A DNA stretch of 64,000 nt from contig CAZEDO010000001.1 of the NCBI GenBank assembly GCA_964511085.1, positions 39,942 to 103,941 on the forward strand, read 5' to 3'. The position numbers and the translations under genes are program-made. This stretch comes from an uncultured Lentimicrobiaceae bacterium (GTDB lineage Bacteria > Bacteroidota > Bacteroidia > Bacteroidales > DASVHX01). The notes beneath the pieces were generated by a model, which worked only from the letters and a program-made list of their open reading frames with translations, was not told the origin of the DNA and searched no databases. Position 1 is the first letter of the stretch, and every line of letters begins with the position of its first letter. Shown here in pieces: positions 7,632-20,022 of this stretch.

Positions 7632-10600
7632 TTACTTAACAGAAATGACAGCCATTCTCTTTTTGCCATCCATTTTAACAACCAATGGTTTTTTTAACCT
7701 CACATGCCTGAAAAAATTTGTTTTATTAACAACAGTGCGTTTATTGAGTAAGCCCCAGTTAATATAACTATTTCCGAGTTCGGGCTGAACAGAGAAATAA
7801 CCGATACTCATGGAAGTTACGTTATGAAAAAAATGTGATCCTGACGATGCGTCGAGAGGAAAATCTTCGAGACTGGTTTCAACAATTACTTTTGCGTTTG
7901 ATATCTGCGGCCAGTTAACAGGAATCCCTATCCAGGGATCGCGTGTGCCCCATCTTCCAGGGCCAATAAGGATATATCTCCTATTCTCGTTTTTCATTAT
8001 TTCATTCAGTTGTTCGATCTCGTCTGCCATTTCTTTGGTACGCGATTTATCAAACAATTCTGTATCAACATAAATAATATCGGTAATATCATTTATAAGT
8101 CCATTCCCCATTCCCTTTTCCGAAAATACGATAACATCTTCCTTCTCAATTTTTTCTTCGTCAATGTTATAATCTTCTGCATTACCAATGAGTGGTTTTA
8201 TCTGTAATAGATAAAATGATGCCCTGCCACCTGCATCCTTATTCAGGTCGATTGCAAATTCTATTTCCACCGGAGATCCTAATGCTTCCTTCACCACATC
8301 AAGAATTAATTTAACAGTATCGGCAAGCGGGATATAATTGTATTTTAAAATATTGGCAAAATTAATAATACGTGGTCCGGCATGGTTTAATCCGGGAACT
8401 ATACGGTTATTATCCAGATCGTAAACTGATGCAGAATGTCTGATTGTACCATGTTTCTCGGCTTCACTTATCTCAAGTTTGGCCAGTCCGGCATCTTCTC
8501 CTTCAATAAGATTTAAGGTGTGAATATTCAGGTCAATAGCATAAAAATCTACCTGCGATGTTCGGTATTGATCTTTGGGTGTATTAATTTCAACATTGGG
8601 ATAGAATGGTGAAAAACGATAAGCCTTTTCACCTTCAACCACGTACCTGCCCAGACCGACAGCCATTACAGCAAATCCTTCTTCAGGTTTCATGTGCGAA
8701 AACGGATAAAAATTATACGATTGAGCTACACCGCTTATGTGCGGGTAATAGGAATTTTCGAACTTGTTTCCAACCACTTCCTGGATAACGATTGCCATTT
8801 TTTCTTCTTCAATTTTATAATGGATTGCCTCTACATAACCTCTGGCAATCTTAGAAAAAACAGATGCATAAACCAATTTAATGGCATCCATTGCCTGGTT
8901 CAGCCTAACTTCCAACTCTGGATGGTTATTGGGAATAAGATACGTTTCAAAGATACCTGCAAATGGCTGCATCAGCGAATCCTCAAACAAACCCGACGAA
9001 CGTATAGCCAGTGGCTTATTGATCTTCTTCAGCAATATCCTGAGTTTTCTAATAAGTGTATCCGTTAATCTTGCTTCCAGAAAAGTTGCACGTAGTTTGG
9101 CGTAATCTTTTTCTTTGTAGACGTAATTATACAATTTGTTGCGTTCGATAAAATAATCATATTCGTCGGTACCGATTATTGCGGTAATTGGTGTTCGGAC
9201 ATTAATATCAGGCACTAACTGCGAAAAATCGTAATTATAAATGAGAGTATTGATAAAGGCTAATCCCCTGCCTTTGCCTCCCATTGCACCGGAAGATAGC
9301 GACACAATATTGCTTTCCTCTATAATATCTGCTTCTTCAAAACCAATTACTTTGCCTCTGTTTCTTTCGTTTCTATATTTTTGAATGGCTTTGAGCATAA
9401 ACTCCCTCAATTCGGAAGGATTTTTAAAATCGCTGATTTTTAAAGGGTTAATTACCCTGGCTATCTGTATCTCGCCTCTTGCCATCAACCACAGCGAAAA
9501 GTGATTTCTTTTACCATGATAGATCAGTGATTCATCAGGGATAGTTGTCAGATTGCGCTCAAATTCCTTTAATGAACTCGCCACTGCAATATCGTTACCG
9601 TAAGCATCTTTATACACGAAACTGCCAAATCCCAGATAATGGCTTATAAAACTCTTGATATCCTGCGACAGGCTGTTCGAATTTTTATCGATGAACGAGA
9701 CTTTAAGTTCGTAAGCCAATCTGGCATTTTCAGGATCTGATGACTGGATAATTGTTGGCAGATCTTTATTCTGACTTCTGATATATTTAACGAGATTATA
9801 TCCGGCATTTTCATCTAAGATCCCTTTGCGGTTGAATTTCATGTCAGTAATCAGACAGAGTAAATTGTCTTTATACTTGTGAAAAATATCAATTGCTTCT
9901 TCAAACGTTTCAACATGCAGCACTTTGGGCCGAGCACGTAAGCGAAGAACTTTGTAAAGTTCATCGTTACTCACATCTTCAATCAGGCGTTTTGTTTGCT
10001 CCAGTACGCTGGCGTAAAGCATTGGCAAATAGCGGGAATAATATTTAGCCGAATCTTCAACAAGAAGAATAACATTTACCAAACCAATTCGTGTGTCATT
10101 TTCTACATTCACCATGTCTTCCAAATATTTTACCATGGCGAAAAATATTTTGGAATCCCCGTTCCAGACAAAAACTTTATCGATGACCTTATGTGCGTCC
10201 TGGTTCTGATCATATTCAGCAATATCACTGTTGTTATTTAACAACATAAATATTGGAATGTATGGATAATGGTGCTTTATGCTTTTACTCATCTCCAGAG
10301 GGGCCTTTTTATCCGTGCCCATCATAATAATTATCAAATCATAATGCTTTGATTTTAACTGGACAGAAGCTTCTTCATAGGTTGATATACCTGTAACCCG
10401 TGGAATTGCAGTCAAATTAAGCTGATAATATTCGCCAAGGATATGCTCCAGGAATCGTCCCTCATTTTCTACATTATAGGCATCATACAAATTAGCAATT
10501 AATAGCACTTCGTTAACTTTGAATGGCATCAGGTCATGAAATACATCGCGGTCGAGGTTTTGTTTAGTCAAAAACTTTTGCAAGAGTTGGCGGCTTGTGA

Positions 10601-11528
10601 TCTTTCCAACATCAATACTTTTAGTATCAGACTCATCATCCGAAGAATCAATTACTGATTTTGCCTTAAGGCTATTTAAATAATTCGCTATTATTGTGGA
10701 AAGATTATCTATAAGATGCCTTTCTTCCTTAAGGAAAGGACCTTCATCCAATTCGGGAAAACGCTTTAAGTAATATACTTCGATACTGCCTTTCAATTGA
10801 TCAACAGTTTCAAAATTTTGTTTTTGCATCCATGGCGTTTCAGTATAACCAGGCGTTTTTATTTCTTTACGGTCAAATATAATCCGCGCAACAGTATATT
10901 CAGGGTATTGCCAGGCTTGTGGCAAAAGCATGCAGATCTGACGCAGTGTTTCCTCAATCGGTTTGCCTTCTTTCAGAATCTTAGTGGTTTGATTTATTGC
11001 TGATAGTTCTTTTAACCGTTCACGGTTTTCAAAAACAAGCATTTTCAAGCTTTCACGGGTTTCAAGGTCGATAGCCTTATGATCATCGGATACTCCATTT
11101 AGTTTTTCATCCTCGGCAGGCATCTCAGAATTTTCTATTGGTTTTATTTCTTTAACCTCAAACCTCACTTTTTTTAAATAATAGTGGTCAGAACTTCCTT
11201 TTTCAAGAATGGGTGAAAAAAAACCGTTGAGTAATAGTTCTGTTCCTTTTTTTGTGGAAAATTTAAAATCACCAACATGCGATCCCCCATTCCTAAGTTT
11301 ATTCCAAACACTGCCGAAATAGTCAGATTTATATACTTTTCTATCTAAAATAAGGCTAAATGGGTTGCCTTTAAGTTCCTCTGATGTAAAACCTAATCTG
11401 GTGGCTAGGTCTATATCAATAGTCAGGATTATTCCGTCGAGATTAAACTCAATATTTCCCATAAACAAATAGATTAAACCATTGCTACTAATTGAATGAA
11501 AGGGTAAATTTACGAAACTGCACTTCAT
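7632..11528 (-). CDS. PAS + GAF-like + degenerate receiver + receiver + PEP/pyruvate-binding (PPDK_N, ATP-grasp) domain protein with the same unassigned C-terminal domain
   Basis: 1298 aa. The start may instead be the internal ATG at 11462 (MGNIEFNLDG...). The N-terminal PAS-like segment reads LDGIILTIDIDLATRLGFTSEELKGNPF. A GAF-like sensor segment follows (LRQICMLLPQAWQYPEYTVARIIFD...GSIEVYY...EGPFLKEERHLIDN). REC motifs are ILLVEDS/LLCLITDMKF/IIQSS/FIDKNS. ATP-grasp motifs are GGKGRGLAF, AIRSSGLFEDS..QPFAGIF and VEIEFAID...YLLQIKPL. The C-terminus carries ILIGPGRWGTRDPWIGIPVNWPQIS and SSGSHFFHN. Only 36 nt separate it from the next gene, so co-transcription is likely. Confidence 0.85.
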   Translation of the reverse strand: MKCSFVNLPFHSISSNGLIYLFMGNIEFNLDGIILTIDIDLATRLGFTSEELKGNPFSLILDRKVYKSDYFGSVWNKLRNGGSHVGDFKFSTKKGTELLLNGFFSPILEKGSSDHYYLKKVRFEVKEIKPIENSEMPAEDEKLNGVSDDHKAIDLETRESLKMLVFENRERLKELSAINQTTKILKEGKPIEETLRQICMLLPQAWQYPEYTVARIIFDRKEIKTPGYTETPWMQKQNFETVDQLKGSIEVYYLKRFPELDEGPFLKEERHLIDNLSTIIANYLNSLKAKSVIDSSDDESDTKSIDVGKITSRQLLQKFLTKQNLDRDVFHDLMPFKVNEVLLIANLYDAYNVENEGRFLEHILGEYYQLNLTAIPRVTGISTYEEASVQLKSKHYDLIIIMMGTDKKAPLEMSKSIKHHYPYIPIFMLLNNNSDIAEYDQNQDAHKVIDKVFVWNGDSKIFFAMVKYLEDMVNVENDTRIGLVNVILLVEDSAKYYSRYLPMLYASVLEQTKRLIEDVSNDELYKVLRLRARPKVLHVETFEEAIDIFHKYKDNLLCLITDMKFNRKGILDENAGYNLVKYIRSQNKDLPTIIQSSDPENARLAYELKVSFIDKNSNSLSQDIKSFISHYLGFGSFVYKDAYGNDIAVASSLKEFERNLTTIPDESLIYHGKRNHFSLWLMARGEIQIARVINPLKISDFKNPSELREFMLKAIQKYRNERNRGKVIGFEEADIIEESNIVSLSSGAMGGKGRGLAFINTLIYNYDFSQLVPDINVRTPITAIIGTDEYDYFIERNKLYNYVYKEKDYAKLRATFLEARLTDTLIRKLRILLKKINKPLAIRSSGLFEDSLMQPFAGIFETYLIPNNHPELEVRLNQAMDAIKLVYASVFSKIARGYVEAIHYKIEEEKMAIVIQEVVGNKFENSYYPHISGVAQSYNFYPFSHMKPEEGFAVMAVGLGRYVVEGEKAYRFSPFYPNVEINTPKDQYRTSQVDFYAIDLNIHTLNLIEGEDAGLAKLEISEAEKHGTIRHSASVYDLDNNRIVPGLNHAGPRIINFANILKYNYIPLADTVKLILDVVKEALGSPVEIEFAIDLNKDAGGRASFYLLQIKPLIGNAEDYNIDEEKIEKEDVIVFSEKGMGNGLINDITDIIYVDTELFDKSRTKEMADEIEQLNEIMKNENRRYILIGPGRWGTRDPWIGIPVNWPQISNAKVIVETSLEDFPLDASSGSHFFHNVTSMSIGYFSVQPELGNSYINWGLLNKRTVVNKTNFFRHVRLKKPLVVKMDGKKRMAVISVK

Positions 11529-11813
11529 AACCTATGAAGAAAAGAAAAATGTGTTTTTTTAAAGTCGGAACCACAATAAATTTTCTGAATACCAGCATTT
11601 TACTATTTTTTTATGGTTGTTTCCCAATTGTTTTCATGATGCAGCACAAAAAGTCCGCATTTAGCAGTATTTCGATGGTCTAAATCTAGCCAATTTAGCA
11701 TATGTCTATATCTGATTATGTATTTAATATTCTGTATATATGTAGTTTAACTCAAAAATGAAGAATCAAAATAAATATTTGAATTGTTGTTTCATTACTT
11801 AATTTTTCTTTAA

Positions 11814-13214
<1,401 letters not shown>

Positions 13215-13235
13215 ACACAGGTTTAATTTTCTTTT

Positions 13236-14486
13236 TTATTCTGAAGGACTCCGGCACACCCGGAGTTCTTCTTTTATAGAAAAAAGGAAAGTATTGAAGA
13301 ATGCATAAAACATCATGCCAGCCTGGCGTTCCAGCATCGATTCGAAAAGAAAATTAAAAGCAACAATGAATATAAAAGCAACGTATATCAAATAGCTCTT
13401 TTTGAGGGAAATCCATAATGGCCATATAAACCCGAATAACAGAATAATAATTCCAGATAATCCAAGTGCAATAAAAGTTTGCAGGTACTGGTTGTGAGCA
13501 TTAAGTTTCATCAAAGTTCCGCTTTTGAAGCTATTCAATTTATATTGCGCAAACAAAGCATCTTTAACATCACCTGTACCAACACCAACAATTAAGTTCT
13601 GCTTAACGATAGTTAACGCTGCATCCCAGATTAGTACGCGCTCGGCAGTAGATTCAATTGCATTAGTTCCTGCTTGCGGACGGCTGGATATGGTATGGCT
13701 GACAGCCTTCATCCTCCCGAAAGAACTTGGAAACATGCTCTGAGCTATAGCAAAAGCGATACAAATAGCAGCGAAAAGCCCTATAGCATGTAGTTTCTTT
13801 TTGCCATATAAAAGCATAGCTATAATGCTTACCATGAATACAATGGCCATACAAAAAATACCAGCTTTTGAGCTAAGCATAACAATGAGGATAAAATAAT
13901 AAGGAATTAATGCAACTAAGAAAACCTGCACCTGCATTCCGAGCATCTGTCGGCGGAAAAGCAGCAGAAATAACGCCATTGCCAACGCAAGGTTCAGAAA
14001 CATGCTCATATATGTTGTATGTTGGTACATCGCTAGCCTTGTATAGTAAAATTCATCATAAGAATTCGATTGAAGATACTTAGTGAAGGCATTGAAGATA
14101 AATATCATAGTGCTGAAAAAACAACCAGCCATATAGACTAAAAACACATTAATGATCCGCTTGCCACGGAAAATAAGGCTTCTGCTGGTTGAAAAAATAA
14201 CAGGAAATAACATTAATGGTATTTTCAATTCCAGGTCAATACTGCCATAACGCAAGTTTTTTGTCCACAAAAGGCCAATCATGTAAATGAAGAAAAGAGA
14301 AGCGAATAGCAAAACAAGCCTTTGCTTCCGGTCTTGAATCATCCGACTGATTCTCGACCGGAAACTCCCGGTCAATATCCAATTGATAACCATAAGCACT
14401 GTAAAAAGCAATGCCAGTCGATCATGCACCGGGATACAAAAAGCAAATAACAATGTGATGTAATAAAATAATCGGGTATGGCTCAA
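13236..14486 (-). CDS. O-antigen ligase/polymerase-like (Wzy/WaaL family) integral membrane protein
   Basis: 416 aa and polytopic, with many hydrophobic helices. A Wzy_C-like segment is present: VGVGTGDVKDAL...LNAHNQYLQTFIALGLSGIIILL. Confidence 0.7.
   Translation of the reverse strand: MSHTRLFYYITLLFAFCIPVHDRLALLFTVLMVINWILTGSFRSRISRMIQDRKQRLVLLFASLFFIYMIGLLWTKNLRYGSIDLELKIPLMLFPVIFSTSRSLIFRGKRIINVFLVYMAGCFFSTMIFIFNAFTKYLQSNSYDEFYYTRLAMYQHTTYMSMFLNLALAMALFLLLFRRQMLGMQVQVFLVALIPYYFILIVMLSSKAGIFCMAIVFMVSIIAMLLYGKKKLHAIGLFAAICIAFAIAQSMFPSSFGRMKAVSHTISSRPQAGTNAIESTAERVLIWDAALTIVKQNLIVGVGTGDVKDALFAQYKLNSFKSGTLMKLNAHNQYLQTFIALGLSGIIILLFGFIWPLWISLKKSYLIYVAFIFIVAFNFLFESMLERQAGMMFYAFFNTFLFSIKEELRVCRSPSE
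13243..13275 (+). terminator. Rho-independent terminator of the plus-strand GDH gene, embedded in the 3' end of the convergent gene
   Basis: Stem gaaggactccgg (13243-13254) / ccggagttcttc (13260-13271) with one mismatch, loop cacac, then TTTT. It lies 29 nt after the stop. Confidence 0.6.
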
Positions 14487-14589
14487 CAGAATACAGATTT
14501 AACGGTGGAAGCAACAGCTCAAATGTAAGAAATTCAAAAACTCATTAGTTGTATTCCTTTATCAAAAACCTGAAAGAAAAATATTTTTA

Positions 14590-15888
14590 TCATTTCAGGA
14601 TAAATTTGGCATTAGTGAACACATTAATAAATTGGTCAGCCAGAAAGCTATAATCATGATGGCTTAAAACATATTGCCTGCCGTTCATCCCCAACTTTTC
14701 CCTTTCATTATTACTCATCCCGGCGATTTCTTTAACTGCCATTGAAATAAGACCTGCATCTTCTGGTGCGACTGAAATCCCACAATTATTTTCCGTAACC
14801 AGATCGTTACCTGCTTTAATTGATTGAATGATAGGCTTACCAGCCATCATATAGTCAAATAATTTGTTAGGACTGATTCCAAATCTGAACAAAGGCTTGT
14901 TTTGCAAACCTATATAAAGGATATCACATCTGTCCAATAATGAAAGCAACGATTTTTTTGGCACAGCAGGCAAAAAATAAATATTCTGCACTCCGGCATT
15001 GCTTTGCGAAGTTAAACCCAACCTATTTGCTTTATCAATTAGCTTGCTTTTTTCCGGACCACTGCCAACCAACAGGAAAACACACGATTCTTCCCTGAGA
15101 AGATTTGCAGCTTCGACTATAAAATCCAACGCATTAGCAATGCCGTGGCTTCCTGCGTAACAAATAATATTTCTATTTTCATTTTTCAACCTTGTCAGAA
15201 GTTGATCATGTTCTGAAGGCAAAGGATCAACAGAATTATATTCATCAATGCATATGCCATTAGGTATATAATTGAATTTTTTGGGATCTAATCCATGATC
15301 AACCAGATGCTCTTTTGTCTTTGGCAATAAAGAAACCAAAGCATCACAATTCTTACAGGCATAATTTTCAGCAAGCTGCATAAGTACAATAAAGGGATGC
15401 CATTTTGAATAACCGCCCAATTCCATAGGTGATAATGGCCATAAATCATGTACTTCAAAAATTAGTTTTGCTTTACTTTTATGTGCAATTAGTTTTGCAG
15501 GAAAGATATCAAGAGGATAAGTTGATGAAGCAATTACAACATCAGGCTTATAGTTATGCGCAAATTCTGCTGCTCGCAGGAATAATCTAACTACAAATGA
15601 GAACATGTTGAATGTACGCAAAGCTCCATTCCCATGGTAGGCAGGAGTCTTAATCCAAACATAATCAATTCCTTCGATAGATTGCTTTATATAATACTTG
15701 CTAAAAGCAGGTTGCACTGACCGTACATGAGCATACGAAGCAGCAATTATTGTAACGGTATGTCCAAGACGAACCCATTCTTGTGCCATATAGAATGGCC
15801 GGTATTCCATACCCATTCCAGGCGAGCCTGCATAATGGTTGATCAGGAGAATGTTCACTTTACGTAAGGAGATTTTGGTAAATATCAA
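14590..15888 (-). CDS. Glycosyltransferase family 4
   Basis: 432 aa. The N-terminus LLINHYAGSPGMGMEYRPFYMAQEWVRLGHTVTIIAAS is typical of capsule/O-antigen GT4 enzymes. A C-terminal GT1/GT4 Rossmann-type segment is present (SPNKLFDYMMAGKPII). Confidence 0.8.
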   Translation of the reverse strand: MIFTKISLRKVNILLINHYAGSPGMGMEYRPFYMAQEWVRLGHTVTIIAASYAHVRSVQPAFSKYYIKQSIEGIDYVWIKTPAYHGNGALRTFNMFSFVVRLFLRAAEFAHNYKPDVVIASSTYPLDIFPAKLIAHKSKAKLIFEVHDLWPLSPMELGGYSKWHPFIVLMQLAENYACKNCDALVSLLPKTKEHLVDHGLDPKKFNYIPNGICIDEYNSVDPLPSEHDQLLTRLKNENRNIICYAGSHGIANALDFIVEAANLLREESCVFLLVGSGPEKSKLIDKANRLGLTSQSNAGVQNIYFLPAVPKKSLLSLLDRCDILYIGLQNKPLFRFGISPNKLFDYMMAGKPIIQSIKAGNDLVTENNCGISVAPEDAGLISMAVKEIAGMSNNEREKLGMNGRQYVLSHHDYSFLADQFINVFTNAKFILK

Positions 15889-16038
15889 TCATCTGCCTGA
15901 AATATTAGTTTTCCTGCTATTAATTTTTCCGACCTTATTTCTTTCATTTCCTCCTAATAATTCTAAAATCACACTGTGCTATATTATTCAACCTTTATAA
16001 TCGGTGATATTCTTTTCAATCTTCCTGTTTTGCCCAAT

Positions 16039-16848
16039 TTATCTCTGGTTGTTCAACTCTGCAACTGCCTGGACATATCCAACAAATTCAACTTTCAAAG
16101 ATTTTAAATATTCTATTATCCACAAATACCAGTCTTTCCATACCGAGAAGTTATCATCAAAATAACGATCATGAAATAAAACTGTGAGGTAATCTATTTG
16201 TTTTTCATAAACCTGATCAATTGCTGATCGTGTTAAGTCCTGTGCTTCCTTTAAAGATTTACTGCTATATCGTTTACCATGTTCAATGATGTCGCCATCC
16301 ATAATATGGAGTGGAAATTCCCACATCCCGCCACTTTTGTAGGGCGATTCCATTGCCCGAACAGTACTGTCAAACAGATATCCGGCTTTATTGAGATGGC
16401 TTATAGTTTCACTTGATTGCCTCAGGTAATGCATCCTGATCCCAAACTGCTTTTTTCCGGAGATGCTTTGAAATGTTGAAAATTCTTTCTGTATATCTTC
16501 CAATTGTTGAAAATCAATGCCATGTACACCGACATCAAACCCCTCATCAATTACATTATGAATCCAAATTGCCGCGTCATGAAGATTGTATGTAAGGCCA
16601 ACTCCATTGTTAACACCAAAAAAAAACGAAGCAGGTATTTGCTCTATTTTATCAAAAGCCATAACTTCCTGCAACCGGTGCCAGCGGTTACTGAATATCA
16701 CACCTCCCCTTGCAACAGCTTCCGCAAGACTGATATGACCTGTTAAACACTCGACAGTATTTCTGATGAAAAATTTTGGAATGATAAGATCCTTTTTGTG
16801 TTCCCAAAAAGTCAAGTGATCTACATCATGCGAAACAATTACTTTCAT
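16039..16848 (-). CDS. Putative polysaccharide deacetylase-fold protein (divergent)
   Basis: 269 aa. It shows weak NodB-like motif spacing only: SHDVDH, GVHGIDF, RMHYL, LFHDRYF. The polysaccharide-locus context supports the call. No signal peptide is evident. Confidence 0.4.
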   Translation of the reverse strand: MKVIVSHDVDHLTFWEHKKDLIIPKFFIRNTVECLTGHISLAEAVARGGVIFSNRWHRLQEVMAFDKIEQIPASFFFGVNNGVGLTYNLHDAAIWIHNVIDEGFDVGVHGIDFQQLEDIQKEFSTFQSISGKKQFGIRMHYLRQSSETISHLNKAGYLFDSTVRAMESPYKSGGMWEFPLHIMDGDIIEHGKRYSSKSLKEAQDLTRSAIDQVYEKQIDYLTVLFHDRYFDDNFSVWKDWYLWIIEYLKSLKVEFVGYVQAVAELNNQR

Positions 16849-16855
16849 CTTTATC

Positions 16856-17758
16856 TTAGTTCTTGTTTTTTAGATAATCTGCTAAATATAGTGTTGTCAA
16901 TTTTGCACCATAATCAGTAACATGATCCCCATCAGGCAAAAAGCAACTGTCTGGCAGTAAAAGATCATTAAATTCAATAGCACTTATTTTACTCTCCTTT
17001 ATCAGCGAATCGTACCTGGCTTTAAATTTTCCAGGCACATTATCAATATAGAACTTGTGCGAAGGAGTATGAATAATAATGAGTCTTACATTTCGTTTTT
17101 TACATAAATCAATAACTTTCCGAAAGTACAAAATATTAAGTAAGGAAAAATCATCGAGCTTACGATCTGAATAATACTGAGTTTCAATTCTCTTATTTAC
17201 GGTTTCCCTGGAAAGTTTCACGATTGTGGAATAAGTTTCAAAGCGCCCCAGAAAAGAGTAGTCTAGCGGAGAAACGCGCAGGTTAGTTATCCCATTTGAT
17301 ACTATTTTTTTTAGATACTTACTTAGGGTATTTCTGTTAAAATATATAAACTTCATCTTAAGGCTATCAGGCATTACAAAAAAATACCTTGAAGAGACTT
17401 CAGCAGAATATGTGCCATAAATGAATTCATCATAATAAGAGGAAAAACTATTATATCCGCATCCTAAAAGCACAGTTTTAATGTTGGGATTTGTTTTAAG
17501 AATAGTTTGAAGTTTAACAAAAGAATAAAGAATACACTCACTACTTTGAGAAAGATTTATTGCGTCAGGCAAGTAGTTGTCGTTAATAGCCTTTTGGGTA
17601 TGAGAGTCACCTATTACTATTATGGAAACTTTCGATCCGATTTTATAATTCTTTATTAATTTTGAATTGGCATAGTAGACGTATGACGAAAGTAACAGGA
17701 GAGGAATAATCATTATTCCTAAAAACACAACTATTCTGGCAACAAATAATTTCATCAA
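16856..17758 (-). CDS. Membrane-anchored SGNH/GDSL-like hydrolase or O-acetyl-transfer accessory protein
   Basis: 300 aa with an N-terminal TM helix (FVARIVVFLGIMIIPLLLL). A block-I-like GDSH motif (VIGDSHTQ) and a C-terminal D-x-x-H (DGDHVTDYG) are present. Confidence 0.45.
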   Translation of the reverse strand: MMKLFVARIVVFLGIMIIPLLLLSSYVYYANSKLIKNYKIGSKVSIIVIGDSHTQKAINDNYLPDAINLSQSSECILYSFVKLQTILKTNPNIKTVLLGCGYNSFSSYYDEFIYGTYSAEVSSRYFFVMPDSLKMKFIYFNRNTLSKYLKKIVSNGITNLRVSPLDYSFLGRFETYSTIVKLSRETVNKRIETQYYSDRKLDDFSLLNILYFRKVIDLCKKRNVRLIIIHTPSHKFYIDNVPGKFKARYDSLIKESKISAIEFNDLLLPDSCFLPDGDHVTDYGAKLTTLYLADYLKNKN

Positions 17759-17920
17759 TCATTAAAGTTAAAACTTGATATAAACAAACGCCTTCTCATA
17801 TATTAACAAAAGATAAGACCGATATGAATCAATATTATATAATTTAAACATAAGGGCTGCCCCGATATAATTCTCTCATTCTATTTAAATTCAAGCCATC
17901 TAAAGATTAATACTAATAGT

Positions 17921-18886
17921 TCAGAAAATGGAACGTTTAAACAATTTCAGTGCTACTTCAATAAGAAAAGGTGCTCTGTTAACTGTAAAATAGTTTTTAA
18001 TTTCGCCACCAAACCCCCTAAAATATCTTTCAATCCGAGGGATCATTGATCCTTCAAAATCAAAGATTTTAAATTCCCTGGATTTGGCCAAACAGATTGC
18101 CTCCCAAATAGTTGCAGCTCCTGCGCCTTCATGTTTGAGTGCATCATCAAATCCTCCAAACATATAATAGACTGTATTTTGGTCATTTAGAAAAAAAGAA
18201 ACAGCAATCATTCTGTCGCCATTATATGCACCAAATGCAAAGCTATTATGCTCATTCGCAAATCTATGAAGGATATTCCTGATATGATTCTGATTAATCC
18301 CAGTTTCCTGACGAGTAAATGTATTGATTATCATAGACTCACACTGGCTATAATCTGCAATTTGCTTCACTGTAATACCATCACTAACAGCCTTTTTAAT
18401 ATTGTTACGCAGCTTTGTTGAAACATTGGAATATAAGATGTCCCGTGAGAAGCTAAGATCAACCTGGTAAGTTAGATGAGGTATTACTTTAAGCTCATTC
18501 CATACAAAAGGCTGCATATCAATAATTTCCGAGGGTAAACAATAACGCTGCACAGGCAATCGGAATTGCCTGAAAAACCGGGCAACTGTATCAAGCACCT
18601 CTTTATCAGTGCTTAATCGTTTCGCCGAATTTTTTGCCGGGTTCAAGTAGAACAGTGCGATTGATGGAGTAAAAGGGAGATTAGTGTAATAAGGATACCC
18701 CATAATAGTAGTTTTCCGGAAAATAAATCCTCCAACTAAATCGTGATTATCATTAAAAATACCACATATCTGTGCTTCCGGGCCAAAACAGGTGGACCAC
18801 TCAAGGTGAGAAAATACGGATCCGATCCGTTCACTCATCTTCCCGTACTCCTCGATTTCTTGTGTTAACAGGACTCTTGCCTCCAT
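17921..18886 (-). CDS. FemAB/GNAT-fold acyl- or aminoacyl-transferase-like protein
   Basis: 321 aa with a two-lobed GNAT-like layout. The C-terminal segment ALKHEGAGAATIWEAICLAKSREFKIFDFEGS resembles FemAB/lipid-II glycyltransferase-type proteins found in polysaccharide loci. Confidence 0.45.
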   Translation of the reverse strand: MEARVLLTQEIEEYGKMSERIGSVFSHLEWSTCFGPEAQICGIFNDNHDLVGGFIFRKTTIMGYPYYTNLPFTPSIALFYLNPAKNSAKRLSTDKEVLDTVARFFRQFRLPVQRYCLPSEIIDMQPFVWNELKVIPHLTYQVDLSFSRDILYSNVSTKLRNNIKKAVSDGITVKQIADYSQCESMIINTFTRQETGINQNHIRNILHRFANEHNSFAFGAYNGDRMIAVSFFLNDQNTVYYMFGGFDDALKHEGAGAATIWEAICLAKSREFKIFDFEGSMIPRIERYFRGFGGEIKNYFTVNRAPFLIEVALKLFKRSIF

Positions 18887-18894
18887 CTTTTACT

Positions 18895-20022
18895 TTACCT
18901 TACTAATAATACTTCGTTGTAGCATGTTAAAAGTTTTTGCTCTTCAACTTCCCATGAAAATCGGTTTTCGACCATTTCGCGCCCTATCCGCCCTTTGGAT
19001 TTCATCAATTCCTGGTCCGACAGTATTTCCTCCAATGTTTTGCGAATTGAATCAACATTTTGCGAATCAGTGAACCACGCTCCCCCACTAAAGGTCTTCT
19101 CCCAGAATGGAAAATCAGACATGAGGATAGGAAGTGAACATGCCATATATTCAAATGCTTTTACAGGCAAACTTGTCAGATAATTTTTCATCGGATAGAG
19201 TAATGCTAAGCCTAAATCGGCTGCTTTCATATACGGATAGATCTCCTCAAGCCTCTTGTAACCCATATCCATAACATTAATCCAGCCTGGTTCCGACATA
19301 CAAGCTGCAAGATAATCATCCTCTGACCATTTACCAAAAAGGAGGAATAATGGAGGTGTATCCATCTGATTAATAGCTTGAATTATTTCTCTGATCCCTC
19401 TGATCCTGGTTAAACCACCGGCATATATTAACACCTGCTTATTAGTGTCGAGAATAGCAGGAACGGTTTGATCAATCATTGAGAGCATACAGAAATTCCT
19501 GATATAAGTAAATTTCCTCTGATGAGCCGGGTAATTCTTCATGAAATAATCGCGGAAAGAGTTGTCGTCCACCACAAGAATGACACGGTTAAAAAACATC
19601 ACAGCAAGAGCTTCAAAAAACCGATATATCATCCTTGAAATTTTTCTGAAAACCGGATTTAGCCATTCTTTCTGTTCAAAATGAAAGTAAACCAGCTCAT
19701 GGACATCAAATATAACTTTTCGCCCAAATAACCTGAATAACAGCCCGATCAATATCAGTTCAGGGTCATGGAAATGAATCAACCCGGCACCAGATCTCAT
19801 CCCTTTGACAAATGCTCTGAAAGAGTTGAATAAGAAACGTTGAGCCCGACTTGTTGCGATTGGCAAAGCCAGAATAAGTACTCCATCGATCAACTCATCC
19901 CTATCATGTTCAACGATTAGTGTAACTTCATAACCATTCCTTGCCAATGACCTGCATTCCTTGTAAAAGATGCGATCGTCAAAGGCATTATGAACAGTTG
20001 AGATATGGCAAACTTTATTCAT
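18895..20022 (-). CDS. Glycosyltransferase family 4/1
   Basis: 375 aa. The N-terminus KVCHISTVHNAFDDRIFYKECRSLARNGYEVTLI is typical of a GT4 subgroup. A C-terminal E-x7-E-like region is present (LPVKAFEYMACSLPILMSD). It overlaps the flippase gene by 8 nt. Confidence 0.75.
   Translation of the reverse strand: MNKVCHISTVHNAFDDRIFYKECRSLARNGYEVTLIVEHDRDELIDGVLILALPIATSRAQRFLFNSFRAFVKGMRSGAGLIHFHDPELILIGLLFRLFGRKVIFDVHELVYFHFEQKEWLNPVFRKISRMIYRFFEALAVMFFNRVILVVDDNSFRDYFMKNYPAHQRKFTYIRNFCMLSMIDQTVPAILDTNKQVLIYAGGLTRIRGIREIIQAINQMDTPPLFLLFGKWSEDDYLAACMSEPGWINVMDMGYKRLEEIYPYMKAADLGLALLYPMKNYLTSLPVKAFEYMACSLPILMSDFPFWEKTFSGGAWFTDSQNVDSIRKTLEEILSDQELMKSKGRIGREMVENRFSWEVEEQKLLTCYNEVLLVR

Noticed and set aside
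8010-11003. Several 60-124 aa plus-strand ORFs (for example 8694-9068 and 9996-10241) antisense to the 1298-aa gene
   Set aside because: They are antisense shadows of an AT-rich long gene with no conserved motifs. The minus-strand frame is continuous and shows paralog-level conservation.
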